DNA of 64,000 nucleotides from assembly GCA_000146045.2 (NCBI GenBank), contig BK006942.2:192001-256000 (forward strand), read 5' to 3'. Shown in pieces: positions 63,115-64,000 of this stretch (positions within the stretch are counted from its first letter, which is position 1; each line of letters opens with the position of its first letter). The notes beneath the pieces were generated by a model, which saw nothing but the letters and a program-made list of their open reading frames with translations, was not told where the DNA came from and made no database searches. This stretch comes from TPA_inf: Saccharomyces. Lineage: Eukaryota. A program made the position numbers and the translations under genes.

Positions 63115-63867
63115 ATGCCTTTGACCACAAAACCTTTATCTTTGAAAATCAACGCCGCTCTATTCGATGTTGACGGTACCATCATCATCTCTCAACCAGC
63201 CATTGCTGCTTTCTGGAGAGATTTCGGTAAAGACAAGCCTTACTTCGATGCCGAACACGTTATTCACATCTCTCACGGTTGGAGAACTTACGATGCCATT
63301 GCCAAGTTCGCTCCAGACTTTGCTGATGAAGAATACGTTAACAAGCTAGAAGGTGAAATCCCAGAAAAGTACGGTGAACACTCCATCGAAGTTCCAGGTG
63401 CTGTCAAGTTGTGTAATGCTTTGAACGCCTTGCCAAAGGAAAAATGGGCTGTCGCCACCTCTGGTACCCGTGACATGGCCAAGAAATGGTTCGACATTTT
63501 GAAGATCAAGAGACCAGAATACTTCATCACCGCCAATGATGTCAAGCAAGGTAAGCCTCACCCAGAACCATACTTAAAGGGTAGAAACGGTTTGGGTTTC
63601 CCAATTAATGAACAAGACCCATCCAAATCTAAGGTTGTTGTCTTTGAAGACGCACCAGCTGGTATTGCTGCTGGTAAGGCTGCTGGCTGTAAAATCGTTG
63701 GTATTGCTACCACTTTCGATTTGGACTTCTTGAAGGAAAAGGGTTGTGACATCATTGTCAAGAACCACGAATCTATCAGAGTCGGTGAATACAACGCTGA
63801 AACCGATGAAGTCGAATTGATCTTTGATGACTACTTATACGCTAAGGATGACTTGTTGAAATGGTAA
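63115..63867 (+). CDS. GPP1: DL-glycerol-3-phosphate phosphatase (HAD superfamily), 250 aa from the internal ATG
   Basis: HAD motif I FDVDGTII, motif II ATSGT and motif III/IV ...K...FEDAPAGIAAGKAAG. 250 aa from MPLTTKPLSLKINAALFDVDGT. Chromosome IX context points to GPP1/RHR2 rather than GPP2. Confidence 0.85.
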   Translation: MPLTTKPLSLKINAALFDVDGTIIISQPAIAAFWRDFGKDKPYFDAEHVIHISHGWRTYDAIAKFAPDFADEEYVNKLEGEIPEKYGEHSIEVPGAVKLCNALNALPKEKWAVATSGTRDMAKKWFDILKIKRPEYFITANDVKQGKPHPEPYLKGRNGLGFPINEQDPSKSKVVVFEDAPAGIAAGKAAGCKIVGIATTFDLDFLKEKGCDIIVKNHESIRVGEYNAETDEVELIFDDYLYAKDDLLKW

Positions 63868-64000
63868 TTTTCTTTTATTTTTTTGATAAAACTACTACGC
63901 TAAAAATAAAATAAAAATGTATGATTTCCCTCCATTTCCGACCAATTGTATAATTTTATATCTGCATGACTTAATAATATAATATAATACTTATAAAATA

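Noticed and set aside
1-64000. Searched for prokaryotic-type novel systems (operons, toxin-antitoxin, defence islands, CRISPR)
   Set aside because: The sequence shows eukaryotic hallmarks: spliceosomal introns with GUAUGU/UACUAAC, Pol III tRNA genes with internal promoters, LTR retrotransposons, monocistronic genes and poly(dA:dT) promoters. There are no such systems.

Overview
This window reads as a gene-dense Saccharomyces cerevisiae nuclear segment, consistent with the chromosome IX left arm from YIL091C to YIL053W. I see no evidence of a novel or prokaryotic-type system (no operons, no CRISPR, no defence islands). The locus names are recalled from memory, supported by sequence features and exact protein lengths; no database search was run.

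What is in the window:
- About 35 protein-coding genes whose ORF lengths match known yeast proteins, in order: UTP25 (5' part), ICE2, YIL089W, AVT7, AIM19, KTR7, SDS3, CAB2, AIR1, THS1, YIL077C, SEC28, RPN2, SER33, SPO22, HOP1, PCI8, MAM33, RPS24B, SEC6, YIL067C, RNR3, FIS1, EFM4, YRB2, ARC15, SNP1, YIL060W, RGI2, VHR1, YIL055C, YIL054W, GPP1.
- Two spliced genes: SPO22 and RPS24B.
- Three tRNA genes: tRNA-Glu(CUC), tRNA-Ile(AAU) and tRNA-Ser(UGA).
- One full-length Ty3 retrotransposon with identical sigma LTRs and a 5-bp target-site duplication, sitting 17 bp upstream of tRNA-Ile.
- A solo Ty4 tau LTR and a solo Ty1 delta LTR upstream of tRNA-Glu, and another solo delta near YIL060W.

Most noteworthy observations, none of which is a new system:
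1. The Ty3 copy has a POL3 that stops about 175 nt before the 3' LTR, with the remainder in another frame, and a 78-bp tandem repeat inside POL3.
2. The SPO22 intron has a non-canonical GUAUAU 5' splice site and an AUACCCUU motif matching the Mer1 enhancer.
3. Two URS1 elements sit in the SPO22-HOP1 divergent promoter.
4. A diverged direct duplication of the RGI2 3' region flanks a delta-containing insert that carries LTR-born ORFs.
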